Source of the DNA: Macrostomum lignano
Lineage: Eukaryota
Direction of reading: 5' to 3'
Length of the DNA: 64,000 nt
Assembly (NCBI GenBank): GCA_002269645.1
Contig: NIVC01000611.1
Location: 1 to 64,000 of the forward strand
The position numbers and the translations under genes were made by a program. How positions within the stretch are numbered: the stretch's first letter is position 1; each line of letters opens with the position of its first letter. This document shows positions 37,335 through 54,393 of the stretch, in pieces. The notes below the pieces were generated by a model. It did not search any database. It had not been told where the DNA came from and was given only the letters and a program-made list of their open reading frames with translations.

Positions 37335-37730
37335 CGTTTCTAAGAAAACGTCCTGCATCGTTTCTAGGAAAATGTACTATCGACTTCTTATAAATCATCC
37401 TGCACCGTTTCTAAGAAAATGTACTATCGACTTCTTAGAATCGTCCTGCATCGTTCTAAGAAAATGTACTATCGACTTCTTAGAATCGTCCTGCATCGTT
37501 CTAAGAAAATGTACTATCGACTTCTTAGAATCGTCCTGCATCGTTCTAAGAAAATGTACTATCGACTTCTTAGAATCGTCCTGCATCGTTCTAAGAAAAT
37601 GTACTATCGACTTCTTAGAATCGTCCTGCATCGTTCTAAGAAAATGTACTATCGACTTCTTAGAATCCTCCTGCATCGTTTCTAAGAAAATGTACTATCG
37701 ACTTCTTAAAAATCGTCCTGCATCATTTCT
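37335..37730. repeat. 45-bp minisatellite 3' of the CCCH gene, with an internal inverted repeat
   Basis: Unit TCGTCCTGCATCGTTCTAAGAAAATGTACTATCGACTTCTTAGAA. TTCTAAGAA and TTCTTAGAA are reverse complements. Confidence 0.95.
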
Positions 37731-38533
37731 ATGAAGATATCGTGCCTCTTTCTAAGAAATCCTGTATCGATTTCCAGGAACTCTTTGTCTGTGAAGTTAT
37801 AAGAAATCATCGTACCCCATTGATTTGGTTATTTCAAATCAGTCATGTTTTCCATGGATTTCTCAGAAATCGATATCCAGTCCTTAAAACACTTCACAGT
37901 TTACGGGTGAGCATGGGGTACCGAAGCGAAACAGTCTTTAGAATTTTGATGCGAGTTATTTAGAAATTTTCATGCAACGTAAAAGTAGAAACAAGTGGAA
38001 TATTGTATTAATACAATCTGCACTTCAACTATACTCAGCAACACCCTTTGCCCCAGTGAGCATGAGTGTCTTTCAACCAGCGTCTGTCACCTGGCCAGCC
38101 ATTTTAATATTTAAAAATGCTTGAAGAAAACTATGAAAACCAGCGGAAGCTTCAATCCATCCAATCTTCGCCCTCCGCTCTTCCCAATCCCTCCTCACCC
38201 AGCCCAACTCTGCGTCGCGTGGCGCAAGTTGCGTCACTCAAAAGTCAAAACTGAGCTGGAATTCACTGCGCACTCTCAAAGGTGGCGACTTTTTAATGTT
38301 GTTGAGTACATTTACAAGTAGAGGCGTATGAGAACAATGTACAATCCTACACGACAGGCAAATAGTGCATAAAGCTCGTATAAATTATGAAACTACGGCC
38401 CGAATCCATGCTATGCATGCAATAATGAATTAATGATGGCCCTTGCTTATGTTAGTCTTTTAGAATGTACTTTCTTTAGTCTGTCTGTGACCAAAAGTTT
38501 GTCCGATTCACGAGAGACAGATTAATGCCGGCA

Positions 38534-43475
<4,942 letters not shown>

Positions 43476-43849
43476 GATCAATGTTAGAGTCGAGGAATTC
43501 GATTTGAAAAAAAGAACCGACTCCGGTCAATCTGAATTTGATGAAGAAGTTTGTCAGTGTTTTACCAGGGGCCTATTTATACTCCCTATTGTTTGTTTGG
43601 CTGCCGTGAGAGGACATGTTATTCTATTGCTGTTATTTCCTACCCTGCTGAGTAATTAGTTTGCTAGCATTGAGACAAATACCATAAGTTTACACATTGT
43701 GCACCGTAAACAGACCGCAGACTCCTATAAACTGACAGGTGTGCCCAATTTATCTGCAGTGTTAAATCATGGCTTGGTTGTGATGTGGCAGGCAAGCTCT
43801 GCGTGCGCCGTTCTCTGTGCTACTCTATCCTAATAACTCCCCAATCATG

Positions 43850-44275
43850 AATCTCCCCGATACCAAATCTCCTCAACCCCTAATCTCCCTGATCCCAAAT
43901 CTCCCCGATTCCGAATCTCCCCGATCCCAAATCTCCCCGACTCCAAATCTCCACAATTCCAAATCTCCCCGATTCCAAATCTCCCCAATCCCAAATCTCC
44001 CAATCCCAAGTCTCCCCAATCCCAAATCTCCCAATCCCAAATCTCCCCAATCCCAAATCTCCCCAATCCCAAATCTCCCCAATCCCAAATCTCCCCAATC
44101 CCAAAAATTCCGATCCCAAATCTCCCCAATCCAAATCTCCCCAATCCCAAATATTTTCAATCTCAAATCTCCCAATCACAAATCTCCCCAATCCCAAATC
44201 TCCCCAATCACAAATCTCCCCGATGCCAAATCTCCCCGATTCCGAATCTCCCCGATCCCAAATCTCCCCGATCCG
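43850..44275. repeat. About 16-bp degenerate minisatellite upstream of tetraspanin B
   Basis: CCCAAATCTCCCCAAT-type units, related to the 42190-42660 arrays. Confidence 0.9.
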
Positions 44276-44959
44276 GAAACTCACCTATCCGAAATTTCGA
44301 TAGTCGAACTCGGCAAAATGTCTAATGATGGGAAAAGTTGAATGCGAGAAACGTCAATAAGATTTCCATCTGAATGATGCCTGTAAATCCACATTCCTCG
44401 ACTTTTCCTTGCACCCCCTCATATTTTTCCTGGCTTTCTCATTGCTGAAATTACAGACACAAAAAGTTAAAATGCTTAGCTGCGAGTAGCTAAATGATTT
44501 CACATTGAGACACTGCTCTTCCAGCTCTGCTAAGTGCTGTCAGGTACCAATGTATAATGTATACATTGGTACTTGCATATGATGCAGCTCGGTATTCAAA
44601 TGCGCGGCTTAAGAGATCTTAACTCTCTACTCAAATTCTCTTTAGTAAGTCGAGTATTTATGAGCTAAATATAGATATAGCCTCTAGACTGGCGCAGAAC
44701 CAAAACAACAATTACAGTGAGTCAGTCATCTGCAGCGGTTGTTGAAAACTTTGTTTATACATGAAAACGTACGTCTGTTTGTGGGCCTGCTTTCATTCGC
44801 CTGATTGTCTGTAAAACTTGCTTAGAATTGTTTGCAAATGGAGTTCAAAATAAGCCAAGGTGCTGTTTTCTGAGTATGCAAGATATAATGCAGTTCGCTA
44901 AAGAGTTTTCAATCTTGGTTACTGAATGGAGTATGTTGCTGAGCCCTCATTTAGGTGAG

Positions 44960-45140
44960 AAGCTGAGTAGGTGACTAGGGGTAGGGGAGCAGGGGAGCAG
45001 GGGAGCAGGGGAGAAGGGGAGTAGGGAAAGGGGAGTATGGAAAGGGGAGGAGAGATAGGGGAGTAGACAAAAGGGGAGTAGGGCAGGGGTTGTAGGGGAA
45101 GGTGAGTAGGGGAAGGCAGAGAGCAGGAAGTAGTGAAAGG
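44960..45140. repeat. G-rich purine tract
   Basis: GGGGAGCA / GGGGAGTA iterations. Confidence 0.7.
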
Positions 45141-45429
45141 GGAGTAATATATATTTACTTTAGTAGTCCTTGGGGAATTGCTGAGTAATAGTAACAGCCA
45201 ACAATAAGCTGTTAACACTGAGTCAGTGGTTATTTGAGTTGCTGTTCGCAGCCGCTGAACGATGTAATCTTTCTGCTCAGTCGTGAGTGGGGAAAGCTCC
45301 TGGAGAGCCCTGGAGAAAGCTCCAGGGCTTTCTTCCTATCTGAGCTTCTACACGTACGAGTATAGTAAGCTTAAAGCCAAGAAAAATAAAGGGCAGCCTG
45401 AACTCGAAATCCATATCTATGGCCAAGTA

Positions 45430-45453
45430 TGTCTGTCTGTCTGTGTGTCTGTC

Positions 45454-45511
<58 letters not shown>

Positions 45512-45512
45512 G

Positions 45513-45545
<33 letters not shown>
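45430..45545. repeat. (GTCT)n microsatellite
   Basis: Direct reading of the sequence. Confidence 0.95.
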
Positions 45546-45997
45546 GCAAACTTACTCTAAAATGCCTCTGCACTTAGTTCCACCCTTCCTATGGACAATT
45601 GAATCATTATTGACATCATTAATTGTTCGTGTGAATACCATTCAATAAGCCGTTTAAAGGAATGCTTCCAACCTAAAAAAATAAAGCAACAGGTCTCAAG
45701 GCATACTCAAGTATACAATTGCGGAGTGCGCTTCGGCTGAGAAGTGCTGCTTTCGAATATGACAATTTCTTCTTAAAGTGCATGCAGCCATCTAGCTATA
45801 AGTCATAATATTTTCTTATCCGAGCCACACCCTCTCTGAGCTTCGGACTGCAAACTGGCAAAAATATTTAAATAACAAATTCATTTAAATCGACCCAAAT
45901 CATTTTGTTTTGCAGATTGCGCACTTTGTTGTAATTATTATTAATCTCATTTGAAGCCATTGCGCTGTTGTACCAAAGATGAACGGACATTAAAACA

Positions 45998-46360
<363 letters not shown>

Positions 46361-46378
46361 GGAGATCGCATTGTTCAA

Positions 46379-47143
46379 TCACAGGTTGTTGATCTCGAAT
46401 CGGAAAATCTTCCATCCATCCTGCCGCATCAGCAATTTCGTAGACCAGTTGCCTTGGTTACCATAGCAACTATCCAGCACGCATTCGTCGCCGCTGCCGC
46501 CGGTCCGGTGGGCAAATCTGGCGCAGTTCAGCTGGGCGCCGGCTTTGAAAGCGCAGCCGTGCAGATCCAAGCCGGACAATTGCACGGTGGCATTCCACGC
46601 CAAGAACTCCGGATCAGTCGGTGACAGGTGACGCGGTCGCCAGGCACCTCTGGCCGGCTCGCACATGAGGCTCACCTGGAAGCTGCAGCCATGATCGTTC
46701 AGCAGGTAGCCAGTAGCCTGGACGGCCGCGCAGTTCTGGTTGCCGCCAAAGTTGTCCGGCTGCCCGGCCACCCACAGGCTGTCATTGGCCGGCAGGACCC
46801 CGGCGCTGGAAGGTCCCAACTGCCAGCCATCGCGTGCGGTGCCGCGCTCGGAGCGCCGGTCATTGATGCCAGTCCAGGTGGGCTTGCTGGTGGTCAGCCG
46901 GTTCAATGACCTGATAGCGTCGAGGACTTTGATAACTGAGTAGCACGTGACCAGCTGGCCGTTGAAGGCGGCGCAGTGCTCGTTGGCCTCGGGCCAGGTG
47001 AGCCGGAGATCGGCTCCGATGTACAGGCAGAAACCGGCGATGAGCTCAAATGGCGGCTTGCATGCCTCCGCGATGCTGCACACGAGCAGGTGGTGATTAA
47101 GCAGAGTTAGGCAAGTCAGTAAAAGCAATTTTTGTCGAGACAT
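46379..47143 (-). CDS. Secreted C-type lectin domain protein with a possible degenerate C-terminal PAN/apple-like module, 254 aa, intronless
   Basis: Signal-like MSRQKLLLLTCLTLL. CTLD motifs FCLY, TWPEANEHC, WTGIND, WVAGQPDN, NCAAV, LNDHGC and MCE. Confidence 0.85.
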   Translation of the reverse strand: MSRQKLLLLTCLTLLNHHLLVCSIAEACKPPFELIAGFCLYIGADLRLTWPEANEHCAAFNGQLVTCYSVIKVLDAIRSLNRLTTSKPTWTGINDRRSERGTARDGWQLGPSSAGVLPANDSLWVAGQPDNFGGNQNCAAVQATGYLLNDHGCSFQVSLMCEPARGAWRPRHLSPTDPEFLAWNATVQLSGLDLHGCAFKAGAQLNCARFAHRTGGSGDECVLDSCYGNQGNWSTKLLMRQDGWKIFRFEINNL

Positions 47144-49438
47144 TGCTTCACGGTAGTAAACGCTGGTCCAGTGTCGTCCGATTTTCTGGCCCACTTTCTA
47201 TATCTTCCCAGAATCGCTTTTGATTGGGGAAAATTCTCCCAGCCAGCCGGAATTTTAGCACGGGAAAGCTCGAGCTATCGGGGTTGTCCTGCCTGCTACT
47301 CATAGTTACTGCCTTTGCCAAAATAACTTTAGTGGGGCGCAAGCCGCGACAAGAGCGCTCCCAAACAGTGCTCAAAGATGGCGCCTCAAGCAGTGCAGTA
47401 ATGTGATTCGATTCCCTGAAGCTCCTTTATACACCGTTGACGCAGCAGGCGCCTTCTTTGACAGTACATTGACGCCTCCATTTGAAATCCAACACGATGG
47501 CCAACAGAGCTATAGGCCGGCGTCGGCTCTCTGTCGAACAGCTCGCCATCAAACGAGGCCATTTTCGACAATTTTGCTGTCGCTTTGTACATCAGTCACC
47601 AGTTTAATGGCTCATGTGATGGTGATGCGAACAAGCCCCAATTGTTTGTGATCTGCATGATGATGAGTCTGGATGTTATATTCGAACCAATCTTGCTTCC
47701 ACTACTGCCAGGCCCTGCCGAAAATGCGTGCTTATGACAGACTCTGTTAAAGACTCTGTGCGCGCCTCTGTCAGACGTGACCTGCAAAAATTGCGCACTT
47801 CTGCCGGTTGTGCTTTCGCGCGCTTACGACAGTCACAGCACCCTAGCTAATAGCTCGTACACTCTGATGTCAGTATAACAAACCAGCAAGGGTGTCAACA
47901 GTTGACAATTAATAAAAATAAACTATTGTGATGCCAGCGTAACAGCTTAGCATTCATTTTTTTATTTTGAAACAAATTTCTGAAAAAAAGATAAAAAAAT
48001 AACACCACTACACCAGTGAAAAAATAGACTTAACAAAATCCGGAACAATTTCAAAGATTAAAGCCTTGAAATCACGGGATCCCGAATGGTGCCGAATCCC
48101 GAACTGTTAACTAGATAGTCTGCATGGATTTCTGGGGCCGGAATGGCTATACCCCCACTACTAATTTAATTCAAGGGAAATTTTGAAGCAGACAATAGTT
48201 GCAGAGTTTGACGCGGATAGTTAGGATTAGGATTCGTGTTTTTATTAATTTTTTGCACAACAAAGAGTATAGCTGTTCTGAAAGAGGAAGCGACAACTAA
48301 AAAACTCAATTTTGACATCCGTCATTCGGTGAGGAAGATGCACGGCTCATCGAAAAGCTAAAAAAAGAATTAACATCCATAGCTCCCTGTAGCCAGATGC
48401 AAAAAAACTGTTGCTTACAGCCTACAGCATTTTTTACAGATGAAAAAGTGCAGAGTGTATTGTTGCCACGCAGTTGCATTCTGTTTTAACATTGCAAAAC
48501 TGTCAGGAATTTGTTTGCATAACAATGTGATGTAATTGGATATCTAATCTAACCGAATTACTGGGAGCTAGTAGCTACGCAGATATGATATGAAGCAGAT
48601 TCTACCACTAGAGTTCCTCGCCCGATGTCATCCTAATAGCTTCGCCAAAGACTCTGTTCATTTAGCGAAGGCCTGTTTATAATTTTACTCGTGCTGCATT
48701 ACAATAAAAATGCAGTTTAATAATCAATACGCGCCTTTGTCCCATTGACGCCATAACTCCGTTAGTTATTTTTTTATCGAATAGCAAAGTAAGCAATGTG
48801 CTCAATGCAACCCACTGCGTCTGCCACTGACTCTGCGCAAAGAATTAACCCACTTGCTTCTGAGTGACTCAATGTCGGCACAGTAGAAACTCTAGAATCT
48901 CAAAAAACACTGCGCCATTGTTTCATTTCATTTAAAATATCGATCGATCGATAAGAAGTCTTCACTACGGCCTTTACTGCAGATTGTGCAATCTTGAAAT
49001 GGTTGTGCGCACGAACGTTCTAGCTAAGAAGACGGTCACGCCGAGATAACGTGCTGACTAAAACCATGGTCATGCCTTATCGTGCTAGCCTGTTCCCCCC
49101 AAACCAAACCCTACCCCCAGGCACCCACCATTAGGTATAGGGTGACTTTATCGTGCAAGCGTCCACAACCCCACCCGCTCAACCCCCCCCCCGGGGAAAA
49201 CCCCCTCCCCACTCCCAAGTGGACGGCGTGCTGCATGACTTTATCGTGCGACCGTCCCTCAACCACCCCAACACATCGTCAAAGGTTGCGCAATTGACGC
49301 CTCAAACTGCCCAACTTGCTTGGTCTGCATTGCGTGAGTTCTATCCCCCTCTTCTCTCTTCAATTGTGCGACTTCGTGCACAAGCTGTATTCGAAAACTG
49401 GAATAGAAATAAGGGGGCTCAAGCCTCGGGGCTTAGGC

Positions 49439-49446
49439 TATATAAG
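49439..49446 (+). promoter_or_regulatory. Putative TATA box of the small HSP gene
   Basis: TATATAAG about 120 nt upstream of the ATG at 49565. Confidence 0.4.
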
Positions 49447-49564
49447 TGTTCGGACTTCGGATACTCTGCAATTGGATTCATTTTCCAGCTCTAATTATCT
49501 TATTTAGGAAGACCTAGACGTGTCTATCAAGCTTACCTACTAAGCCTCACAAAGCAGTCCCACA

Positions 49565-50719
49565 ATGACTCTTCGCCCCACTAACCTGTTTCGCCGTCTT
49601 GGTCAGGAGTTCGCCTACTCCATTGACACGCAGCTGGACGCTGCCAGCCTGCGTCGGGCCCTGAATCGTGTTGCCATCAGTCGCGGCCTCCGCGCCAACA
49701 TCGATGCAAACGACGAAGCTAAGAAGCCTTGCTGCGGGTTCGAAAACTCTGACAACTGCTTGACTCTGGTATTGCCGCTCGGATCGGAATTCGGACCGGA
49801 CGATGTCGCCGTAAGGCTTGATGACAACGGCATCTTCTGGGTGCTCGCCGAGGCCGCGTCTCCTTGGCAGGAGGGCGATTTGGTTCGCATCGTGCGTCGA
49901 GCCCAGCTGCAGATGGACCAGCTGGATCTGGACACCGCTCGCTGCTGGATCGAAGAGACTTGCATTGTTCTGCAGGTCGATCAACGCGAGGTCAAGACCT
50001 CTGCTACAGCCACGCCGACGAAGCTGAGTAAGAAGCTGCTGCATCATCAGCAGCAGCCAACTCAACAGCCCTTCTCGCTGCGCAACGTCTGGCCAAGAAG
50101 CAGCCTGTCAGACAGCAAGCAGCGCCATGGCTTCGTTATCAAGGAGAAGAAAGTCGGTGCCAAGTGGTCCCTGGATTTGGCGCTGCCCGAGTTCCAGCCC
50201 GAGGAAGTGTCCGTGACCACTATTGAGAACTCCCCGGAGGGAGTTGATGCTCCAGATGCGCCGACCAGGCTGCTGGTGACTGCCAGCTATTTTGCTACAG
50301 ACAACTCTTCCCTGGATTCTACGATGCGCCACGAATATCGCCGCGAAGTGACGCTGCCAACCGGCGTTCCGCTCGACCGGGTGGTCGCCAGCTTCCCCGG
50401 CAACGGCCTGCTCCGACTGGCCGCGCCGCTGCCCTCTAGCGCTGTGAAATCGCGCCGCACCTTCGTCGGTCTGGTTGGCGGCAGCGCTGGCGGCGCCGGC
50501 GCTAAAATTGCTTCGCTAACGCGGGAGCTGCGTCACGTGGGCACTCAGCGGCGTCAGCAGCAGCAGGCGGCTGGCACTTCCGCATCGCTGCCGCGGCAGA
50601 CGGCTAGTACTGCCGACTCTACGACTGGTGCCACCGCCGCCGCCGGAGCCACAACCGCCACCGCCAACGGCCACGGCATGACAAGGTCCGGGGACAACCG
50701 CAGTTGCGCTGTGCAGTAG
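49565..50719 (+). CDS. Small heat-shock protein (HSP20 family) with two alpha-crystallin-like domains, 384 aa, intronless
   Basis: Second domain WSLDLALPEFQPEEVSV...EYRREVTLPTGVPLDRVVASFPGNGLLRLAAP. First, degenerate domain LTLVLPLGSEFGPDDVAVRLDD...IVRRAQL...CIVLQV. Confidence 0.75.
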   Translation: MTLRPTNLFRRLGQEFAYSIDTQLDAASLRRALNRVAISRGLRANIDANDEAKKPCCGFENSDNCLTLVLPLGSEFGPDDVAVRLDDNGIFWVLAEAASPWQEGDLVRIVRRAQLQMDQLDLDTARCWIEETCIVLQVDQREVKTSATATPTKLSKKLLHHQQQPTQQPFSLRNVWPRSSLSDSKQRHGFVIKEKKVGAKWSLDLALPEFQPEEVSVTTIENSPEGVDAPDAPTRLLVTASYFATDNSSLDSTMRHEYRREVTLPTGVPLDRVVASFPGNGLLRLAAPLPSSAVKSRRTFVGLVGGSAGGAGAKIASLTRELRHVGTQRRQQQQAAGTSASLPRQTASTADSTTGATAAAGATTATANGHGMTRSGDNRSCAVQ

Positions 50720-51941
50720 AGTTCCAACCGCAAGGTGAAGCTGGAGCTAATCCGTGTGGTATATCAGTCTCCGTTGCACTTCCAGGACTCGACTCGCCTC
50801 CACTCAGCATTTGATTTCTCTAAATTTCAATAATGAACCACTTTTTTACCGAATTCTAACCAATCTAATGACTTTTATCTTCATGTTGTCTGCATCCAAA
50901 GTTTGCTGGCACGAGTCACATTGCAAGCGTTTTTAGTTATCGCAAGTTTCGATTTTTTTACATAGGCTAGTGCGCTGACCTACAACTTTTGATATGCCGC
51001 TTAATAGTATTTTGTACTTGTATGTTGTAGCCTGCATGTAACTCGTTTCATTTTCCATTATCTTTCTGATCCTTTTACTGTGTCGTCTGTATGGCCACCC
51101 TTAATTCACTAATCTATTGTTTAAAATTAAATACAAATGCAGCAAATGCGGATATGTGTACCATGGCATGTAAAACGCGGCTTTAAAATTTATATCGGTG
51201 GCCTAATCAATCGACAAGTAATACAATTGAAGTACTATTAAAATGCAAGATGCATTCAATGAATTATATGAAATTTTAAAATGCATATTAATTAGTCTAT
51301 TTATCATCTATCATCTAAGCCGTGGAAGTCCCATCAGCTGGTGATTTTTATCCATGGCTATTAAAACTCGGCTTAATTTATTAAAACGGCGGGTTTGATA
51401 TTGGCAAGCTTAAAATTCCGCATCAAATTTTATGTAGTTTAAGTGGAGCTGGTGTTTATATGTAAGAGTGTAATGGAAATTTTGTGGTTTAGTACACCTT
51501 AAATTATTAATTTGAATTGGTTCCAACTCGAGGCGGGGTTAAGTAAAGCAAAGTTATCGCATCGCAATGTATTAATACTCTTATATTATCGTTTCGCTCA
51601 ATACTTTATATTCGTAACCAATTTATATCTGTTGAATTTCATCGCCTTAGCTCCAATTACCTCCACTTAGCTCCGCTTATTGAGTCCAATAAACGCTGAA
51701 TCATGGCGCGAACTGTAATTACTGGCTATGCTTTAGAGCGTGCCTAGTAAGCAGTGAGCTGTGCAAGCTCGTGATTGGGCGGTAAAGGCTCAAGTCAAAT
51801 TCGGTGTCCTGTCTCCGTTCATGCATCCGTTCATACAATTTAAATTATCCAGCTTAATAAGACGTACCGATTTTTGGTAACCTGTAACTGATGCAAACAT
51901 CTCTAGCAATTTAAAACAAGAAGCTGTATACGTATGTATTC

Positions 51942-52639
51942 CAAGGACGACTTAAGTAGAAGGACGGGAAACCTCGTTTCTTAGAAAAGTTTTGAAGGCA
52001 CTTTTTCCCGAAAAAATACACTACGGAGATAGGAAGTTTTCATTTTTTCAGCACAAAAATTGTTATTGCGTTTGATAGGAGGCAGAACCAGTGTTCATCT
52101 TTTGATATGTTGTGCCTTTTTTATTGCTCTATCGATATTTATAAAAGTTTTCGTTCAGAAAATTAGGATTCTATGTTAATTTTTTATTCTACGTATATTT
52201 CCTGTATCTAAAAATCACAAAAATGCATGACACAGCTCCAATATTTGGTTTTATGAACCTATTTTATCATCTCTGTTACAAATATTTGCTACACAGTCGG
52301 GTAAGAATGATAAAAAAGACTCATGAAGCTAAAGAGCCGAGCCGTGGCATTCTAATGTATTTCAAGCACAAGACGCGCGAAAATATACGTAGAATAAAAA
52401 ATTAACATAGAATCCTAATTTTCTGAACGAAAAGCTTTATAAATATCGATAGAGCAATAAAAAAGGCACAACATATCAAAAGATGAACACTGGATCTGCC
52501 TCCTATCAAACGCAATAACAATTTTTGTGCTGAAAAAATGAAAACTTCCTATCTCCGTAGTGTATTTTTTCGGGAAAAAGTGCCTTCAAAACTTTTCTAA
52601 GAAACGAGGTTTCCCGTCCTTCTACTTAAGTCGTCCTTG
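51942..52639. mobile_element. Foldback-type non-autonomous DNA transposon, 698 bp, P-superfamily-like or hAT-like
   Basis: Inverted arms 51942-52200 and 52381-52639 (259 bp each, only about 3 differences), 180-bp spacer, CAAGG termini and a perfect 8-bp TSD ATGTATTC (51934-51941 and 52640-52647). Confidence 0.88.
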
Positions 52640-54393
52640 ATGTATTCTTTATTCAAGAACTGTTCTGGTACGTGCATATGACTAATTGTTGGGCTATCAA
52701 CGAGTAACTGGCAATTTAAACGCCCATCGACTAGCTATACAGTATTTCATCAGTACAGTGTTTCAGCTGCAGGAATTGGCCTGAGAAGACGCGAGTATTT
52801 GTAAGATGGGGCCCCAATACGAAGTCCCAATTCAATTACGTCGTACGTGCACACAGCAGCCAGGGACATGAACATTTACCGGGTTACGAGTACACACCTA
52901 ATTGCATTGGGGTGTGGCCAGACCGGTGCACGGCTGAGCAGGGCCCGCTTGTGCGCAGGCCCCTGCACCCCTGGCTGCTGGGTTGGGGGTTTTGCCCAAC
53001 CAGCAAGCTGGATAGCTGACTTACACCTCCCTATTCCTGTCAAATATAAAGAACTATGCCTGGCAAATAAACTAAAAAAACTCAGTTTTGCTCGCTTGCT
53101 ACTTTTGCAACTAGCTACCACGTACTCGCCAAGCCGCCAGGGACGTCATCCGATTTGACTTTAAAGCTGCCTTGACCAAGGCGGCGCCAAAGCAAGGGGA
53201 GCCAAAAGCGGGTAGCAAGTCTAGGGGGCGCCAAAGCTGCTGCTTATATGAATAAACATTTTTCATAATACAATTTTATTACATGTAGTTTGTCAAGACA
53301 AAAACAACAAACTTCCACACTATAGCCAGTTCTAAAAAAAGTCGCTTCACCCTTCCAATTGTACGTGAATTTTTTTTACAAACGGCATTTTTTCTGAATT
53401 TCGTGCGTACAGGGCCACCTGCAATAAGTTTATGTACGGAACATTGTTTTCCTTTAAAATTTTTCAAGGCTGACTTTCTCAAAAGCTACACTTACTAATC
53501 GAGATTGGATATACAATTAAATTTATGGCGATAGGTTAAGAGAAATGCTAATATTTTGACTGTTTAGCTGTTTCATTTATTTATTACAAACAAAGCTGAA
53601 AGAAAAGTTTTTATAATGGGCTTGTTTGTATTAATTAGCTCAACTTTTAATTTTAGGTCAACTTCCAATTTTTTTCTAAGAAACAAAGCTTCCTGTATAC
53701 CAGAGAGAAGTTATACGAGTATATTTTAAATTCAAACAGGTAGGTAGTATATACCGACTAATTTGCTAGTACCAGGCGTAGCTGGAAATGTAGACTAAAA
53801 TGAGAAACATTTTGCTCGATGTCGACGTCGTAGGCATGCTCTTGTTGCTGTGCCCTGCTGACCACAAACTGGTACTGGAACTGGTACTGGTTTAACGCTA
53901 TATATACATTCAACGTTTGCTGCATCTGCATGCATGTATATACAATACTGTAGTATGGTGCCAATTGTTTAATGCCTATCCCTGTTCCTGACCAAGTAAA
54001 CACTTTATATTTAGCCATCTTATTTGAATTTCGTGCAATCTTCCTTTTTGTTTTAGCTAGGCTGCTAGATCCTAGTAGTTGCCTAGTATAGTGATTGTTT
54101 AGTTTTATTGGCAAAATATTTTATTTTACATCCATTTTTATATTTTAACAAATAGGCAATCAGTCACAAACTATAAAAGCATAAAAAAAACTGGTACACC
54201 CAGGTTAGTCAAGGAGCACTCATAGATTTTGAAGTTCCTTTGGATTTTAACAAAGGATTAAAAAACTAGGAACTTGTTTTCTAACCATATAAGGCCTAAG
54301 TTAGATGATGATTAGGCCCCTAGGGCCTAATAATATTGAAGTTTCATTACAAATAGAAAAAGAAATAGGCCTAGTCCTAACAACTAGGAAGAT

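Noticed and set aside
49012-49030. Heat-shock element upstream of the small HSP (CGAACGTTCTAGC)
   Set aside because: Only two good nGAAn units, about 430 bp from the TATA box, which is expected by chance.
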